64,000 nt of DNA, taken from contig NW_024704742.1 in the NCBI RefSeq assembly GCF_018977255.1, positions 18,104,001 through 18,168,000 on the forward strand, read 5' to 3'. Under the pieces are notes generated by a model. It saw only the letters and a list, made by a program, of their open reading frames with translations, had not been told where the DNA came from and did not search any database. The translations under genes and the position numbers were made by a program. Shown here in pieces: positions 59,664 to 64,000 of this stretch. The first letter of the stretch is position 1, and each line of letters begins with the position of its first letter. The stretch is from Callorhinchus milii (lineage: Eukaryota).

Positions 59664-61415
59664 ATAAGAACATAAGAATTAGGAGCAGCAGTAGGCCATT
59701 CGGCCCCTCGAGCCTGTCCCGCCATTCGATAAGATCATGGCTGATCTTCAGACCTAACTCTAATTACCTGCCCTGTCCCCATATCCCCTAATCCCTCTAT
59801 TTTTAAAGATGCTCAAGGAATGAGTATCTACAGCCTTCTGGGGTAGTGAATTCCATAAATTCACTACCCTCTGAGTGAAGACATGTTTCCTCAACTCTGT
59901 TCTCAAAGGCTGACCCTTAATTTTAAGACTGTGACCCCTGGTTATAGATTCTCCTACCAGGGGAAACAGACCCTCAGTGTCTACTTTATCAGCCCTTTAA
60001 GAATCTTATATGTTTCAATAAGATCTCCCTTAATTCTTCTGTACTCTAGAGAATACAGCCCTAGTTTATTCAGCCTATCCTCATAGGTCAGACCCCACAT
60101 CCCAGGAACTAACCGAGTGAATCTAAGCTGCACCCCCTCCAGGGCAAGTATGTCCTTTTTTAAATAAGGAGACCAAAACAGCACACAATACTCTAGGTAC
60201 AGTCTCACCAAGGCCCTATACAGTTGCAGCAAGACTTCCCTACTCTTATACACTAAACCTTTTGCAATGAACTCTAACAGGAGTCCTGTAGCTCAGTGGT
60301 TAGAGCACTCGCTTTGCAAACGAGAGACCTGAGTTCAATTCCAGGCAGAGGGCGAAACCTTGGGCAAGTTTCCTTACTCCACACACCTAATAATAATCCC
60401 TCCAAAAAACAAAACAATAATAAATTGGTCATTTTTAATCTATGACTGTTTGTGGGATATTGCTGTGTGCAATTGGCTGCCGTGTTCGCCCACAAATATA
60501 CAGTCAATTCACTTTACAGTATATTCTGTGAAGCGCTTTGAGACATCTAGAAGACGTGAAAAGCGCTATATCAAATGCAAGGATTATTATTTATTATAAC
60601 ATGCCATTCGCCTTCTTAGTTGCTTGCTGCACCTGCAAACTAACTTTTTGAAACTGGTGTACAAATCCCAAATCCCTCTAAACACTAACTCTATCTAATC
60701 TCTTCCCCCTCTAGAAAATAATCTGTTTTTCTATTTTTTCTACCTAGGTGAATAACTTCACACTTCCCCACATTAAATTCCATCTACCACCTACTCGCCC
60801 ACTCCCCTAGCCTATCTATATCTCGTTGTAATCTTTTTGCATCATCCTCAGAGCTTACTCTCCCACCTAGTTTAGTGTCATCTGCGAATTTAGATATGTT
60901 ACATTCAATGTCCTCGTCTAGATCATTGATGTAAATTGTAAATAGCTGAGGCCCAAGCACTGATCCTTGTGGCACTCCACTAGTCACATCCTACCAATTC
61001 GAGAAAGACCCATTTTTCCCTACTCTCTGTTTTCTACCCGTTAGCCACTCTTCAATCCATGCTAATATGTTCCCATTAATCCCGTGGGCCTTAACCTTGT
61101 GCAATAGCCTTTTGTGTGACACTTTGTCAAATGCCTTTTTAAAATCTAAATATACTATATCTACTGGTTCCCCCCTATCTAACCAGCTAGATACATCTTC
61201 AAAAAACTCTAAAAGATTAGTTAAGCATGACTTCCCTTTTGTAAAGCCATGTTGACTCTGCTTAATCTTGTTATAGTCTTCCAGGAATCCCATACCACCA
61301 TATTTAATTAAGGACTCAAGAATTTTCCCTACCACTGATGTCAGACTAACTGGTCTATAGTTCTCCATCTTTTCTCTCCCACCCTTCTTAAATGGTGGTG
61401 TTACGTTTGCAATCT
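59664..61415 (-). mobile_element. CR1-clade LINE, 5'-truncated
   Basis: [53 protein letters not shown]; 8-nt (ATAAGAAC) terminal repeat. Confidence 0.95.
60280..60597 (+). mobile_element. tRNA-Ala-derived SINE inserted into a CR1 LINE
   Basis: Interrupts the CR1 ORF2 remnant; flanked by TAACA on both sides. Confidence 0.92.
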
Positions 61416-64000
61416 TACATTTTAAAATTAAATTTTGAAAGTGCCGAGTCCTCCGACTGAGTTGTCCCAAAAGGAGACCTCCCACAGGAGTTCTCCCAGA
61501 TAAATATAGATAAAGACAAAATGTCTGTCTGTGTGTCAATCTACATTCCATATTGGATCCTTTGGTTGCAAGCGAAGCTGCAAAGGGTACAGGTGGTATG
61601 AAATATATTCCTTGTGAAAGTAGATTAAATTTATGTTTTAATTTCCACCCAATTTAAAGGTTTAAATTTGTACTATTGCATATTGCCTCATACTTGGAAC
61701 CTTGGAAGCACCACTTAATCAAAAAAATTGATTAATTCAAATTAAACTATTAATGGGAACTTAATCCTATTTAATACAATATCACATAAAAACTGTCGAC
61801 AAGCATCTTGGCTTCAAGGTTTACTGAGGCAACCTGACAAATTGCTGTTTTAACAATGTGTACATTCCTTGCTTTGAATATAGCATTGCATAAGACTCTT
61901 CTGTGTTAAGATGTGCATCAGTGAAAACACCAAATGTAATTCATGACAAAATCAATTACCTGAAGAAAATTGGACTGACCTAATAAAAAATGAGAAAACA
62001 CCGAAGGCAACTAGGTTTATATAAAATATAAAGAAACTTTTCTTTCTATTCTTTTTGAGTCTTTCCAGTACATTTTTATGTATGTCATCTAAACCGTATA
62101 ATAGAGTTCTCCTTACTTAAGCCTCTCTGTCATTTTGAGCAATGAGCAGCCAAGTAAAAACATCTTAAAGCATTCCACTCACAGGGTTTGCTGTGAGGGT
62201 CAAAGGTTCATTACTTTGAATATCTTGTCAGCTGCCCATAAACCACTCAGGTTAACATTCTCAGATTACAAAATTCTTTTCAGAAACAATTTACATTTTC
62301 TAATGAAGAATAAAAAAGCAACGTTTATTTGCAATATTATATGTAATGCTGATACAGTCTGGTATTTCCATTTATTCTACATATATGTGATACCTTTTGT
62401 TAGTTACCAAAATAAAATATTTGTAAACTGTATAAAACAGTTTGATTGAAGTAGGGTGTATGGGATTCAGACAATCTGGTTGCTGGTCAGAACTGGGAAG
62501 CTGATTCCCTCTTTAAGTATTCTAGAGTTGAGAATTTCAATAACTTATCAGTTCACAGCAGTGCAAGCAATGACCTGTTGAGGAATTTGCAGATTTCTTT
62601 GGCAAAAGGAGCATGAAGGATTTCATAAAAAACATATTTGTATTGGAAATATAGAAGTTAATAACTGAGAGTTCTAAGAGCAACATTGCAATTTGAAACA
62701 GTAATGTCCAACTTCTAGAGAAAATAGGCATTTTAATGGACACAAAATACAACTAGGGAGATCATTCCACAGGAAATACATTTTAAAAAAGAGAAAAATG
62801 TAAAACAGAAAAAAAAGTTGAATATGGATCATGGTAATGCAACCCTGGTGAGACATATGTCTTGAAGAGGCTGTACGCCCAATAGTTTCTGCTCCAACTA
62901 AATAGTTGGCTTAAGGTACAACTCGTGCAGTTTTCATGAAATAAAGCAGTGGTGGGCAACCTACAGTTCACAAGCTCACAAGGCCATCGAGAAGCCCACC
63001 CGAATAATCGCATGTCCAGTGGATATAAGCTAAGTAACTTGGGCTCCCAGTCACAATAAAATTACAATTGTTTTGTATGAAGATTCAGATGAACAGATCA
63101 TACACAGAAAAAAATTGTTATTTGCAGCAGCTAACACATAAACCTACTGGGAAAGTGCACAGTTCAGTGAATTGGATCAATATATCACATGTACAGCTTG
63201 TAAGAATGAGAGGAGGTAGAACAGTGATTTAATGTTGTAGGCACTTTATTGATGAGTGATGTAAAAGAACACTATCAGGCTTTGGGAATTCAAATCATTT
63301 AAGTTCTTAAATTAATTGTTTTAAATTGTACTCTGTGTATGGTGTGTGTGTGTGCTTGGGAGTTGGGGTGGGTGGGGGGGTGGGTGTCAAGTTATTTCTA
63401 ATACATATACAATGTCTTTTAATCTCATAAGATAAAATGTACTCTTAGATTTGTTTCTCTGTCTCATAAGTACATAGGGTGCATTTGTGAGACACTTTTA
63501 AGTAGAATTTGAATCATTTTGGAAAACATAAGCAGATTGCTAGAATCACATAAAATGTTACTATTGAGAAACATTACTGTGCGATAGCCTGAAAAAAATA
63601 GATACCTTATTCAGATTTTTTCTTGAAAACCATGGTTATCAAACTCTTTAAGCAAGAAATTTTAATTATTTTATCAAATATACAGATCAATTGAGTGAAT
63701 GCTCGTTTATTTTTTGTTGTTGTTGAGAAATTATAACAATAGCAATGGAGAACATACAATGGAAACATACAAAAGCAGCTTCAACTCCAGCAGTAGAAAA
63801 TGAAAGGTTAACAAAACATTCATATTTATACCACCTTATCATGTTGAAACATCTCAAAACATTTTGTGAGTAATCAGTATCACGTGTAGGGCCATAGGAT
63901 CTTCAATGTTCAACTGGAAACAGGTAGATGGGATTTCAGTTTAAAGTCTCATCTGAAAGACAACATCTTCCCAAAGTGAAAGGTGCTATGCAAGTATAAT

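Overview
Vertebrate genomic DNA, AT-rich and intron-rich. The repeat content (tRNA-Ala-derived SINE with an L2-type tail, DeuSINE-like elements, L2 and CR1 LINEs, a Penelope-like remnant) points to a cartilaginous fish; this is an inference. Two convergent spliced genes fill the window. On + is an SH3TC1-like gene (two SH3 domains plus TPR repeats; 15 homology-supported exons at 7614-28783, plus tentative 5' exons from about 4796). On - is a VWA2/AMACO-like gene (signal peptide-VWA-Cys-rich-EGF-VWA-VWA; 11 well-supported coding exons at 55139-38479). I reconstructed the exons by hand from splice signals, phase continuity and remembered human protein sequences. Each gene has exactly one 1-bp deletion in a 5-base homopolymer, most likely assembly error. 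Most notable points: the SH3TC-VWA2 adjacency, which mammals lack and which may mark a retained ohnolog; no C-terminal EGF exon found for VWA2; a GC-AG intron; a ~268-bp inverted repeat next to an SH3TC exon; and CTCF-like motif clusters. I found no prokaryotic-type system (CRISPR etc.) and cannot claim a wholly new system.
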